Source: Verrucomicrobiota bacterium (GTDB lineage Bacteria > Verrucomicrobiota > Verrucomicrobiia > Limisphaerales > CANJSG01). From it: a DNA stretch of 30,138 nucleotides. Below, piece after piece: positions 1-11,475 of this stretch. The stretch's first letter is position 1. Every line of letters starts with the position of its first letter. The notes beneath the pieces are model-generated. The model was not told the DNA's origin, searched no databases, and worked only from the letters and a program-made list of their open reading frames with translations. Location of the stretch: positions 1 to 30,138 of the forward strand of contig JBBQXJ010000060.1 in the NCBI GenBank assembly GCA_038209745.1, in the 5' to 3' direction. Both the position numbers and the translations under genes were made by a program.

Positions 1-835
1 GACCAGCTCCTGGGTCTGGGCCAGCCGAAGGACTAACTCCTCTCCCTGGACTATACCGCTCGAGGCATCGGCTTGGCGCATCTACCGGACCTGCTCCGCA
101 TGGTCGCGGATGAGAAGCTGCACAAAGCTCTGGAAAAAAGCCCCCTGATCTGGGCGCCGGTCCACCCCTGGCGTGCCCTCGCCCAACTGAAGGATCCATC
201 CGCCGTCGGCCCGCTCCTGGGTTTGCTGCGCCGGATCGATGAATATCGACGACGACTGGATCAGCACCGAACTGCCGAAGGTGCTGGGAGAATTCGGCCA
301 AACCGCGCTGGAACCGGTATCCTCCTATCTGGCGGACCCGACCCACGACGAATGGGCCCGGGAGTCCGCCGCCGAGGCTCTGGGCAAAATCGGTGAGCGT
401 CACACGGAATTGCGGACGGAGTGCGTGGCTCGGTTGATCGACCAACTGGAGAAGTTCGCGGAGCAGTCCCCGACGTTGAACGCCTTCCTGGTCTCGCCGT
501 TGCTGGAGCTGAAAGCCGTTGAAGCATTGCCCGTCATAGAGCGCGCCTTTGCCGCCGATCAAGTGGACGAGACCGTCGCGGGCGACTTCGAAGACGCGGA
601 GATCGCGCTGGGACTGAAGACTCAGCGCCAACATCCCCGAGAACCGAACGAATTGACGGCGATGGGCAAGCGGCTAAGGGCCTTGGCAGGTGACAAACTC
701 GTGGACGGGATCATGGGCGGCGCGGGCGGAGCCATCCCCACGGCGACCGTCCGGAACCCGCCCAAGATCGGCCGAAACGATCCCTGTCCCTGCGGCAGCG
801 GCAAGAAGTTCAAGAAATGTTGCGGGAGCGCGTAG
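1..835 (+). pseudogene. SEC-C motif / HEAT-like (DUF1186-type) protein, disrupted and 5'-truncated by the window edge
   Basis: Frame 1 reads DQLLGLGQPKD*LLSLDY...[14 protein letters not shown]...RRIDEY with TAA at 34-36. The protein then continues in frame 2 after about 247 ([14 protein letters not shown]...) and ends in the SEC-C motif [20 protein letters not shown]. Confidence 0.7.
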
Positions 836-904
836 CGGCCGGACAAGCGACGGGATTGGCGGCAGGCGGAAGCGCGACTGCCGTTCCGCCAGCTTCGTTC
901 CGAT

Positions 905-3900
905 TCAAGGCCGCCACACCGGCAGCGAACCAAGCTCACCGGCCGGAATCCAGAGACCGGTCGTGCGGTCGCCTTGAAGGCCTGGCAACCCGAGACCGAG
1001 GCAGTCGATGGCGTCTTCCCCAGGCATGGGCTGCGGAGTCGTTGGTTGCGCCAAGTCCACTAGGTTCACGCCGTTCGAGGTGAGGAACGCCGCGATGTCG
1101 CCTAGAAGCTTCAGTTCACTGAAGACGGCGGGTTCATCCAAGGAACCGAGGCGGCTGAAGGTGCCGGTCGAACCCAGCTTCCAGGTTTCGATCCGGCTCA
1201 GCTCGTTGGTCGGGCCGATGTTCCGTTCGGTGACGACGAGGCCATTCGGGGCGACGGCGACAAGCGGGGCATTCCAAGCGTTGCTCGCGGAGAGAAAGAC
1301 GCTGTCCACGAGATGCGCGGAGAGTCCGTCGTAGGCCAACCCGTGCAGGGTGGCGCCGACCGGAACGCCCGATCCATCGAAGGTGGCTTGGGACGCGGCA
1401 TAGACCATCGCGCCGCCGTGGGAGATCCCTGCGAGCAAGCCGGGAAACGAGATCGGTTCACGGACCACGGGCGCGGCCGGATCCTGGCCGAAGTCGGTCA
1501 CGACCAGCTCGTGCTGGTTCCAGAAGCGGGTCACGGGCACGGCATTGGTGACGACTTCCCTTCGTAGACCCCGGCTGACCACGAGCTCACGGGAGATGTT
1601 GGTCGTGATGACACCGGCATTGTGTTGGGCAACGACGGGCAACTCGCTGACAAGCGTGAAGGAAACAGACTCGCCCATCCCGCCCACGGTCGCGAGATCG
1701 GCGCCCCAGACGAAGAGATCGCCGGAGCCGGTCACGGCCAAGGAATGTTTCCGACCTGCTCCGATGGCGGTGACACCGGTCAAGCCTTGCACGCGGGCCA
1801 TCACCGGCGTGAGCGAAACCGGCTCGCGCCCGATGAACCAGACCTCCCCGTTTTCGGCCAACGCCAAAGTATGATAGGTGCCGCCCGCGATCGAGCGAAT
1901 GGCGGGCAGGCCGGCGATGGGGTGCGGAGCCTGGCCGATCTCCGGAGGGCCGGCACCGAGCTGATAGAAGGCATTGTTGCCCCAGCCCCACACCGTCCCG
2001 TCCTCGGCCAACGCCAACGAATGGGCGCCCCCGGCCGCTACGGCGCGAACCATGACACCCGACGGCAAGGTCACGGGGTTGGGAAACTCCTGAGCACCCC
2101 TCCGTCCCAACTGTCCCGAGTCGTCCCAACCCCATGACCAAATCCGTCCTGCCTCATCCAACGCGAGGCTGTGCAGCAACCCGCCGGAAACAGCCCGGAA
2201 GGCGGTTCCCGGAACGGGCCGCGGTTCCGTCCCGAACTCGCGATTTCCGAGCCCGAGCTGTCCCTGTTCATTGTGGCCCCAGGCCCAGAGCTGACCGTTC
2301 CGATCCAGCGCCAGCGCGTGCCAACCACCGGAGGCGATCGCGGCCATCGGCCCGGGAAAGAGAATCTTGCGCGGAGTCGAATTGTCCGACGGCGGCTGGC
2401 CGGGCAACGGCGGCAGTGGACCATCCCAGGAACCCCAGTTCCAAACGGTGCCGTCGCTCCCCAAGGCAAAGCTCTGCCAGTTCGCGCCGGCCACGGCGAC
2501 CATCGGCGAGGAAAGTGCGACGCGGGTGGGAACAGAGACCACACCGGAGCCCGCGGTTCCCACGGAGCCTCCCGCATTGTCACCCCAGCCGAAGACGTCT
2601 CCCGTATCGTCCAAGACCAAGCTGTGCGACCGACCGCCGGCCAGTGCGGTGCCGGATCGGTGCAAGCGGACGGCGGAAACGGTGATCGGCGCGGGCAGGT
2701 TGGTTTCGGTCACGACCACCTGGGTGAAGACCAGGTTCGTCCACCAGACCTCGTTGGTCATCGTGAACCAAACCTGGTTGGTCTGGACGTAGTAGTTGGT
2801 CGAAGCAATCTCCGAGTGCTGCGTCGTTTGACTGGCGTAGACGAGGCCTTCGGCGGCGAACGCGGCGCTGGTCTCAAGGGCTGAAGCACCAATCGGAGTT
2901 TCAGACTGGAAGCGCGGATGGGTCGCGTCTCTCACATTGACGGCCTCCAGCAGGAAGGGTTGGCCCTGCGGCCGATAGGGTGCGACCAGACCGGGGCGAA
3001 TCCTGGACACTGAATCCACGCCGACCAAATACGGCATCATATACCAAGGCCCCCACCAGGAGCGCTGCTCGCGAACGGACCAGACCAACAGTCCTGGCGT
3101 CGGCCACAGCGGCTCGGCCCCGCTCAGGGATCCTTCGGCTTTGGTCTTCCAAGTGTCGCGGCCGAGTTCCGCCAGATCCGGCAGCGCGGCCGCATCCAGC
3201 ACGACGTGCCGCATGGTGCCGCGATTGGTGGAATTCTCGGGCTGGGTTCCCGCCCAAAGGCGGACTAACCCGAAACCCTCGTTGGATCCCTCTCCTTGGA
3301 GAAGGTGGATCCGGTCACCGGCGACGGTCGCACCGATCACCCTCGGCCCGTCGAGCGCATAGCGCTGCAAGGCGACGCCCGGTTTGGCGGCGGAACTGAC
3401 ATGGACTTCGTTGCCTGCGAATTCCACCAGCCAGTCTCCAACCGGCAGGATGCGGTCGACGGGATAACCCAGCTCCAGTCGGCTCTTGAGCACTGGGGCG
3501 TCGCGGTCGGCGAAATCGATGCCGAGCAGTTCACGGGTCGAGATCGTGAAGAACCGTTCCGCCCGGATCACCGTGCGTCGGGGAATGATCGTCGCGTTGG
3601 TGAAGGCGGCGCGGGCCGTCACGGCGTTGCTGGACAGATCGACCAGCTGGACGGCTTCGACATAGCCGTTCGTCGTCCACGACGAGATCGGCACCAGCAC
3701 GAGACCTTCGTCCGGGAAGACGCCGAAGGCCTTCTCGTTGCCCAGCGCTTCGCTGGTGGACCAGCCGTCACCGAGCACGGCTTTGCTCAGCAGCCCGGGC
3801 TTCGCCGGATCGGCCACGTCGAAGAGCTGCACGGCCACGCGATTGCCGGCGGTATCATCGATCCCGATGGTCAACAGCCGATCCCCGAGCGGCTGGATGT

Positions 3901-5329
3901 AGGTGGACCAGCCCGGGACGTGGAGTTCGCCGACAATCGAAGGATGGGCCGCGTCGGCGAAATCCAGGATCCAGAGCGGATCCGTGCGTCGATAGGTCAC
4001 CGCGTAGAGACGGGTTCCTTCGAAGCGCGTGGCGAAGAGCGACTCGCCCTTATCGAACGGAACGGAACCAAGCTTCTGCCAACCGGTGCCGCCCGCCCCC
4101 GGCAACCGATACGTGGTCAACACCGAGGTCAGGGATCCGCTGTCCGAACGGACTTCGGTGACGACGGCCAGGAGATCGCCTTCTTGCTGGAGCTTGAACT
4201 TGTCGAGCAAGGCGCCGCCCAACGGGATCTCAGCCACGGGGTGAACGTCTCCTGGGGCATCGCCGATATTGAAGACATGGAGCACGTCCTGCCGCGGCCA
4301 GCCGTTCGTGGCCACGGTGACAAACAGAAGGGTTGGTGTGGCGGAGACCACGTTGCCAGAGCCGTTCAGACGGACCCCCTCATGGGAGACGGGAGCCGTC
4401 GGTTGAGCGAGGTCGAAGGAATGGATGTTGACCCCTTCCTGCCAGACGCCGTCTTTGCCGGAGGGTTCCCAAGTCCGGGTCGCGACGTGGAGCACCTGGC
4501 CGACGAGACGAGATTCGAGCACCGGTCCGTCGAGGGGCAAACGAGCGACTTCACGCGGATCTGCGGCGGTCACATCGACGATCAACGCGTAGCCGGTGCT
4601 GCCTCCGTCGCAGCGGTCATCGACGAGCAGCACCACATGGTCGTCACCCAGCAGGTACATCTGTTCGCCGGTGCCGGCCACGCGCAGCGAACCGCGCAGG
4701 ACGGGCGCGTCCTTGACTGAGATGTCGATGACCTGGAGACCGCGCGCGCTGTTGAAGAAATAGATCCGGTCGCCGTTCGCGCGCCAGATGTCGGACTCCT
4801 CGACCGGTCGCAATCCGGTCCCATCGCCAGCCGGCCCGGCACCGACAACGCCGCCAGCGCCACTGACGAACTTCATCGCCGGGTTGAAATCCACCGGAGG
4901 CACCACGCCTTCGATCTCGCCGGCAGGTTCCCCGACGAAGTGGGTCTTCCCGGAGTAGAAAGTGGCCGGCAGAGGGTCGGTCTCGTCCACGCGAACCCGG
5001 AACAATTCCATCGGAGCGCCGGTGGACGCCGACAGGCGGAAGAGGATTCCTCGGGCGCCCGAGGCCCGCTTGATGCCGCGCGGCGTCCACGCCCTCAAGT
5101 CGTCCCGCTGGCAGCTCTCCAGCACCACGCGTTCGATGCCAAGAGGCACGACGACCGACACTTCGATCTGATCGCCGAACAGTTTGATGGCGGTGATCCG
5201 AGGCGCCGGCCCTTGCGCCGACACAGTGCCACCGTATGCAACCAGCAAAGCTGCGACGATGAGCATTCCGACGGTTCGGATCCGGCGGAGGAAAGCGGTA
5301 GGTTTCATGGTCGGGAAAAGGTTCTTCAC
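905..5329 (-). CDS. Large secreted protein: Beta_propel (PF09826-like) domain plus 7 RCC1/BLIP-II repeats
   Basis: Signal peptide (MKPTAFLRR...VSAQ). Beta_propel-type motifs VEESDIW and GESLFATRF...YRRTDPLWILD...GELHVPGWSTY. Seven RCC1-type repeats (e.g. AVAAGGAHSLALAEDGTVWGWGNN). Start is either GTG 5329 (GTGA overlap with the upstream stop) or ATG 5308. Confidence 0.8.
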   Translation of the reverse strand: MKNLFPTMKPTAFLRRIRTVGMLIVAALLVAYGGTVSAQGPAPRITAIKLFGDQIEVSVVVPLGIERVVLESCQRDDLRAWTPRGIKRASGARGILFRLSASTGAPMELFRVRVDETDPLPATFYSGKTHFVGEPAGEIEGVVPPVDFNPAMKFVSGAGGVVGAGPAGDGTGLRPVEESDIWRANGDRIYFFNSARGLQVIDISVKDAPVLRGSLRVAGTGEQMYLLGDDHVVLLVDDRCDGGSTGYALIVDVTAADPREVARLPLDGPVLESRLVGQVLHVATRTWEPSGKDGVWQEGVNIHSFDLAQPTAPVSHEGVRLNGSGNVVSATPTLLFVTVATNGWPRQDVLHVFNIGDAPGDVHPVAEIPLGGALLDKFKLQQEGDLLAVVTEVRSDSGSLTSVLTTYRLPGAGGTGWQKLGSVPFDKGESLFATRFEGTRLYAVTYRRTDPLWILDFADAAHPSIVGELHVPGWSTYIQPLGDRLLTIGIDDTAGNRVAVQLFDVADPAKPGLLSKAVLGDGWSTSEALGNEKAFGVFPDEGLVLVPISSWTTNGYVEAVQLVDLSSNAVTARAAFTNATIIPRRTVIRAERFFTISTRELLGIDFADRDAPVLKSRLELGYPVDRILPVGDWLVEFAGNEVHVSSAAKPGVALQRYALDGPRVIGATVAGDRIHLLQGEGSNEGFGLVRLWAGTQPENSTNRGTMRHVVLDAAALPDLAELGRDTWKTKAEGSLSGAEPLWPTPGLLVWSVREQRSWWGPWYMMPYLVGVDSVSRIRPGLVAPYRPQGQPFLLEAVNVRDATHPRFQSETPIGASALETSAAFAAEGLVYASQTTQHSEIASTNYYVQTNQVWFTMTNEVWWTNLVFTQVVVTETNLPAPITVSAVRLHRSGTALAGGRSHSLVLDDTGDVFGWGDNAGGSVGTAGSGVVSVPTRVALSSPMVAVAGANWQSFALGSDGTVWNWGSWDGPLPPLPGQPPSDNSTPRKILFPGPMAAIASGGWHALALDRNGQLWAWGHNEQGQLGLGNREFGTEPRPVPGTAFRAVSGGLLHSLALDEAGRIWSWGWDDSGQLGRRGAQEFPNPVTLPSGVMVRAVAAGGAHSLALAEDGTVWGWGNNAFYQLGAGPPEIGQAPHPIAGLPAIRSIAGGTYHTLALAENGEVWFIGREPVSLTPVMARVQGLTGVTAIGAGRKHSLAVTGSGDLFVWGADLATVGGMGESVSFTLVSELPVVAQHNAGVITTNISRELVVSRGLRREVVTNAVPVTRFWNQHELVVTDFGQDPAAPVVREPISFPGLLAGISHGGAMVYAASQATFDGSGVPVGATLHGLAYDGLSAHLVDSVFLSASNAWNAPLVAVAPNGLVVTERNIGPTNELSRIETWKLGSTGTFSRLGSLDEPAVFSELKLLGDIAAFLTSNGVNLVDLAQPTTPQPMPGEDAIDCLGLGLPGLQGDRTTGLWIPAGELGSLPVWRP

Positions 5330-6510
5330 GGTGGATTCGACCCGGTTGTGGGCACGATCCCGATGAGGGCGGCAGGCCACTCTGGATGGTGCCTGCTGCC
5401 GGTCGTCACGGACAGGACATTGCCGGGTGCCGCGACCCTGTCTGAGAAAAGGGTGACGATGACGGGATCCCCGTGGAAAGGCACGGACCCGAGCGAAGTC
5501 GCCGAGCCGGCGATCGAATTAGCGATGAAGGTCAAGGTGTCATGGCCCGCCGGCACGGATCCGGCATCGACGATCAGCACTGCGTGGTCGCCGTTGATGA
5601 AGCCGACCAAACCGCCGGCGCCGCTCGATGCAACGCGCTCGTTCCCCGTCGCACCGTCTCCCGCGAATTGGGCCTGGGCCTTCAGCCCGGCCGGAGGCGC
5701 GTTCGAGGTCTGCCCTCGGGCAACGCGGACCAGGTCCACGAAGTCGACGCCCAGACCGTTCTCCGTCGCCAGGCTTTGACTCCCTTGAAGTCCGTCGCCT
5801 CCCGGCTGTTGCCGGGCGAGTTCACGGGCCAAAGCGAGGACCAATACGCGTTGTAGACCGGGGCTGAGAACAAGTTTTCCGCCACCGGGCGACCCGTCGG
5901 AAGTTGGCTGCTGGAAGTAACGGATTCCGTCGAGCCCGACCGAGGCCTTGGCGGGCCGCTGGGTCAGGGTCTGCGAGATCTCGGTCATTCGCTCTTCCAA
6001 CGCGGCGATCCGCGCATTGAGAGGATCCGGAGAAGAGGCAGTCCGCTCAGCGGCCGCCGGGTGAGCCGGCGGCTCGATCTGAGATTGGCCATTGGCCGAG
6101 GAGGATAATGCCGTGCTCTCTGAAACCGTCGTATTCAAGGGTCCCGTTTCCGCAATCGCCGCTTCAGACGGCTTGACCGGAGGTTCGGACCATACGCCGT
6201 GCAGAAGCCAACCGGCGAAACAGGCGGCGGCCGCCCAGCCAATCCAGAGCCGCGGCCGACGGAACGAAACGGCGACGACCTTCCGCTCGTTCGCCAATGC
6301 CTTCTCAATCTCCAACCAAAGGCCGCTGGGCAGAGGCTGCTGCGGCACGGCGTGGGAGAGCGCCTCGGTGCCAGACCGAAGATCGGTCACCAGCGACTTC
6401 AACTCCGGCGACGCTTCCAAGCTTAGTTCGAACGCTTCGCGCTCTTCCGGCGACAGTTCACCAAACACGTAGAGCACGGCCTGGTCTTCGATGTCGGCGG
6501 CGTCAGTCAT
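5326..6510 (-). CDS. Anti-sigma factor, RskA/RsiW-like, single transmembrane helix
   Basis: N-terminal LYVFGELSPEEREAFE...L anti-sigma domain, transmembrane segment LWIGWAAAACFAGWLL, and overlap with the 3' end of the ECF sigma gene. Confidence 0.8.
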   Translation of the reverse strand: MTDAADIEDQAVLYVFGELSPEEREAFELSLEASPELKSLVTDLRSGTEALSHAVPQQPLPSGLWLEIEKALANERKVVAVSFRRPRLWIGWAAAACFAGWLLHGVWSEPPVKPSEAAIAETGPLNTTVSESTALSSSANGQSQIEPPAHPAAAERTASSPDPLNARIAALEERMTEISQTLTQRPAKASVGLDGIRYFQQPTSDGSPGGGKLVLSPGLQRVLVLALARELARQQPGGDGLQGSQSLATENGLGVDFVDLVRVARGQTSNAPPAGLKAQAQFAGDGATGNERVASSGAGGLVGFINGDHAVLIVDAGSVPAGHDTLTFIANSIAGSATSLGSVPFHGDPVIVTLFSDRVAAPGNVLSVTTGSRHHPEWPAALIGIVPTTGSNPP

Positions 6511-7132
6511 GGTGGTCTTGCAGCACGCGGCGGAGCGCGAGCAATCCTCGGCGGATGCGGGCCTTGATCGTGCCCAGGGGTTCGTTCTCCGCGTGGGCGA
6601 TCTCCTCGTGGGTCCAGCCCCGGAGAAAGGCGAGCTGGAGAACCCGACCCTGGGCTTCCGGCAGGGCGTTCAACGCCGAGGCGCACGCCGTCGCCCGCTC
6701 GTCGCGGTCCGTCTGATGGAACCCGTTGATCGACTCGACGGACACCAAGGCAACTTCCTGCTCATACGCGGTCTGGGTCGCGCTGCGCCGCGACCGGGCC
6801 CGGATCCGGTCCACGGCCAGACCCCGGGCGATCATGATCATCCAAGGCAGCGGAGCGGAGCGGGCGGGATCAAATCCTCCCGCGCGGCGCCAAAGTTGAA
6901 CGAAGGTGTCCTGCATGGTTTCCTGCGCTTCCGTTTCATGGACGAGCATCCGAAGAACGAGCGAATGGAGCAGCCCGCCCCGACGCTGATAGAGCCGCTC
7001 CAACGCGTGCGGATCGCCGGCCGCGACGCCCGCGAGCAGACGCGTGTCTTCGCACGCCTCCACTTCCTCCCGGGGCTTCTCCGACTCGGCTTCGCCCGGG
7101 AGCCGCAACACTGGATGATTGGCCGGCTCCAC
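6503..7132 (-). CDS. ECF RNA polymerase sigma-70 factor (SigK-like)
   Basis: Region 2 AQETMQDTFVQLWRRAGGFDPARSAPLPWM...AVDRIR and region 4 LAFLRGWTHEEIA...PLGTIKARIRRGL. Confidence 0.92.
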   Translation of the reverse strand: MEPANHPVLRLPGEAESEKPREEVEACEDTRLLAGVAAGDPHALERLYQRRGGLLHSLVLRMLVHETEAQETMQDTFVQLWRRAGGFDPARSAPLPWMIMIARGLAVDRIRARSRRSATQTAYEQEVALVSVESINGFHQTDRDERATACASALNALPEAQGRVLQLAFLRGWTHEEIAHAENEPLGTIKARIRRGLLALRRVLQDHHD

Positions 7133-7162
7133 GTTTTGTTCGGTTTGGCTTCGTCACCATCC

Positions 7163-7191
7163 TATCCGTCCGTCGCCGGATTTTGGATGCA
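7163..7191 (-). promoter_or_regulatory. Putative autoregulatory ECF promoter TGCATCC-N16-CGGATA
   Basis: Matches the CATCC-N16-CG(A/T)A architecture of SigK-type ECF promoters with one deviation, 30 nt upstream of the sigma start. Confidence 0.55.
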
Positions 7192-7304
7192 GGAAAAATC
7201 GACCGCTGAAGCTTGTGGACTTGCCTCATTTCCATCTCCCGACGCCGGCAGTGGACGAAGCCGTTTCTCAATTCCAAGGAATCGGCTCCCAAATCAAGAC
7301 TGCC

Positions 7305-7341
7305 AAACAAAAAAGCGAGGCCGGGTTGCCCCGGCCTCGCT
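7305..7341 (-). terminator. Intrinsic terminator of groEL
   Basis: 12-bp stem AGCGAGGCCGGG / CCCGGCCTCGCT with a GCAA loop, followed by a U-rich tail. Confidence 0.9.
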
Positions 7342-7372
7342 GTGGATTGATTCGGTGGTTAACGGATCGGAC

Positions 7373-9034
<1,662 letters not shown>

Positions 9035-9055
9035 TTAAGTTGAGAAGCGGTTCGA

Positions 9056-9349
9056 TCAGCCGATCACGGCGAGGATGTCTTCGGAGCTGAGGATCTTGTA
9101 TTCCTTGCCGTCGATCTTGATGTCGGTGCCACCATACTTGCTGGTGAGGATGCGGTCCCCGACCTTCACTTCGAAGGCGATCTTCTTGCCGTCGTCGTCG
9201 GTCTTACCGGTGCCGAGAGCGCGGACGACGCTTTCCTGCGGCTTTTCTTTGGCGGAATCGGGGATGATGATGCCGCCTTTTTTGGTTTCCTTCTCTTCGA
9301 CGGCTTCCACGAGGACGCGATCACCGAGAGGTTTCACATTGAGTGCCAT
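9056..9349 (-). CDS. groES: Co-chaperonin GroES
   Basis: KPLGDRVLV...[19 protein letters not shown] ribosome binding site upstream. Confidence 0.99.
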   Translation of the reverse strand: MALNVKPLGDRVLVEAVEEKETKKGGIIIPDSAKEKPQESVVRALGTGKTDDDGKKIAFEVKVGDRILTSKYGGTDIKIDGKEYKILSSEDILAVIG

Positions 9350-9412
9350 GTTTCTTTTCCTTCTATTGGTTGGTTTCTGACTGAATCAACTCCCGCCGCA
9401 CCCGCGGCGGGC

Positions 9413-9454
9413 AAAATGAAGCCTGCCCGGAACGGCTCGCCGTTCCGGGCAGGC
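9413..9454 (-). terminator. Terminator-like hairpin after dnaK
   Basis: Perfect 15-bp stem (9421-9435 / 9440-9454) followed by TTCATTTT on the minus strand. A second 8-bp hairpin lies at 9392-9411. Confidence 0.7.
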
Positions 9455-9465
9455 AGAATCTTTTA

Positions 9466-11418
9466 TTACTTCTTCGTCTCGTCCACGACTTCGGCGTCGA
9501 TGATCGGACCGCCATCCTTGTCGGAGTCGGATGATTTGCCGGACTTGGCTCCACCCTTCGGTGCCTCACCGGGGGCACCCGCTGCATCGCCCTGCGGCGG
9601 CTGGGCGGCGGCGGCTTTGTAGAGCTCTGCGGATGCGCCTTGGACGGCTTCGTTCAGCTTGTCGAGAGCGGTGCGGATCGCGGCGGTGTCGGAACCTTTC
9701 TGCGCTTCCTTCAGGGCTTCGACGGCCCCCTCCAGCTTGGCCTTGGTGTCGCCCGAGACCTTGTCGCCACTGTCTTTGAGCATCTTCTCGGTGCGATAGA
9801 CGGTGTTGTCGGCTTCGTTGCGGGTCTCGACCTCCTCGCGGCGCTGCTTGTCTTCGTCGGCGTGCAGCTCGGCGTCTTTCCGCATCTTCTCGATCTCGTC
9901 TTTCGAGAGACCGGAGCCGGCGGTGATGGTGATCTTCTGCTGCTTGCCGGTGCCGAGATCCTTGGCGCTGACGTTCAACATGCCGTTGGCATCGAGGTCG
10001 AAGGTGACTTCGATCTGGGGCACGCCGCGGGGTGCGGGTGGGATGTCGGTGAGCTGGAACTTGCCGAGGGACTTGTTGTCCTTGGCGAACTGCCGTTCGC
10101 CCTGCAAGGCGTGGACTTCGACGCCGGGCTGGTTTTCGCTGGCGGTGGAGAAGATCTCGGACTTGCGGGTGGGGATGGTGGTGTTGCGCTCGATGAGCTT
10201 GGTGAACACGCCGCCCATGGTTTCGATGCCCAGCGAGAGCGGGGTCACATCGAGCAGGAGCACATCCTTCACATCGCCCTTGAGCACGCCGCCCTGAATG
10301 GCCGCGCCGATGGCGACGACTTCGTCCGGGTTCACACCCTGATGGGGCGCCTTGGTGACAAGGGTCTTGGCCGTCTCGACGACGCGGGGCATGCGGGTCA
10401 TGCCGCCAACGAGCACGAGCTCGTCGATCTGGGCGGTGGTGAGACCGGCATCTTTCAAGCAGGCCTTAACCGGGGTGATGGTGCGCTCAAAGAGGGAATC
10501 GCAGAGCTGCTCCATCTTGGAACGGCTGAGCGTCTTCTGGATGTGCTTCGGCCCCGACGCGTCGGCGGTGACGAAGGGCAGGGAAATGTCGTAGGATTGG
10601 GCCGAGCTGAGGGTGATCTTCGCCTTTTCAGCCTCTTCCTTGATGCGCTGAAGCGCGTCGGGCTGTTTGCGCAGGTCGATGCCGGAGTCTTTCTGGAACT
10701 CGTTCAAGACCCAGTCGATGATGGCATTGTCCCAGTCGTCGCCGCCGAGGTGGGTGTCGCCGTTGGTGGCCTTCACTTCGAAGACGCCGTCGCCGATTTC
10801 CAACACGGAGATGTCAAACGTGCCGCCACCGAGATCATACACGGCGATCTTCTCGTCCTTCTTCTTGTCGAGACCGTAGGCGAGCGACGCGGCGGTCGGC
10901 TCGTTGATGATGCGGAGCACTTCCAGACCGGCGATCTTGCCGGCATCCTTGGTGGCCTGCCGCTGGGTGTCGTTGAAATACGCGGGAACGGTGATGACCG
11001 CCTGGGTGATGGTCTCACCGAGACGCATTTCGGCATCGGCCTTGAGCTTGGCCAAGATCATCGCGGAAATCTCGGGCGGACTGAACGCCTTGGGCTTGCC
11101 ATCCACTTCCACCTCGATGTGGGCGTCGCCGTTGGAAGCGCGGACGACCTTGTAGGGCACGCGCTTCTGCTCTTCGCCTATCTCGTCGAACTTACGGCCC
11201 ATGAAGCGCTTCACCGAATAGACGGTGTTCCGGGAGTTGGTGACGGCTTGCCGTTTGGCGGCTTCACCCACGAGACGCTCTCCGTTCTTGGCGAATGCGA
11301 CGACAGACGGGGTTGTGCGACGCCCTTCGGAGTTCTCCAAAACCAACGGCTCCCCGCCTTCCATCACGGACATGCAGGAGTTAGTGGTTCCCAAATCGAT
11401 GCCTAAAACTTTTGCCAT
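9466..11418 (-). CDS. dnaK: Molecular chaperone DnaK (Hsp70)
   Basis: [27 protein letters not shown]; 650 aa. Confidence 0.99.
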   Translation of the reverse strand: MAKVLGIDLGTTNSCMSVMEGGEPLVLENSEGRRTTPSVVAFAKNGERLVGEAAKRQAVTNSRNTVYSVKRFMGRKFDEIGEEQKRVPYKVVRASNGDAHIEVEVDGKPKAFSPPEISAMILAKLKADAEMRLGETITQAVITVPAYFNDTQRQATKDAGKIAGLEVLRIINEPTAASLAYGLDKKKDEKIAVYDLGGGTFDISVLEIGDGVFEVKATNGDTHLGGDDWDNAIIDWVLNEFQKDSGIDLRKQPDALQRIKEEAEKAKITLSSAQSYDISLPFVTADASGPKHIQKTLSRSKMEQLCDSLFERTITPVKACLKDAGLTTAQIDELVLVGGMTRMPRVVETAKTLVTKAPHQGVNPDEVVAIGAAIQGGVLKGDVKDVLLLDVTPLSLGIETMGGVFTKLIERNTTIPTRKSEIFSTASENQPGVEVHALQGERQFAKDNKSLGKFQLTDIPPAPRGVPQIEVTFDLDANGMLNVSAKDLGTGKQQKITITAGSGLSKDEIEKMRKDAELHADEDKQRREEVETRNEADNTVYRTEKMLKDSGDKVSGDTKAKLEGAVEALKEAQKGSDTAAIRTALDKLNEAVQGASAELYKAAAAQPPQGDAAGAPGEAPKGGAKSGKSSDSDKDGGPIIDAEVVDETKK

Positions 11419-11460
11419 AAAATCTTTAGTCGCCGTGCGATACGGCCTCGCCTTCTCACC

Positions 11461-11475
11461 GCAAGGAGCATGCCG
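11461..11475 (-). promoter_or_regulatory. Putative sigma54 (-24/-12) promoter of dnaK
   Basis: CGGCATGCTCCTTGC has GG-N10-GC spacing and is close to the TGGCACG-N4-TTGC consensus. It sits 42 nt before the ATG with an AT-rich tract upstream. Confidence 0.7.
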
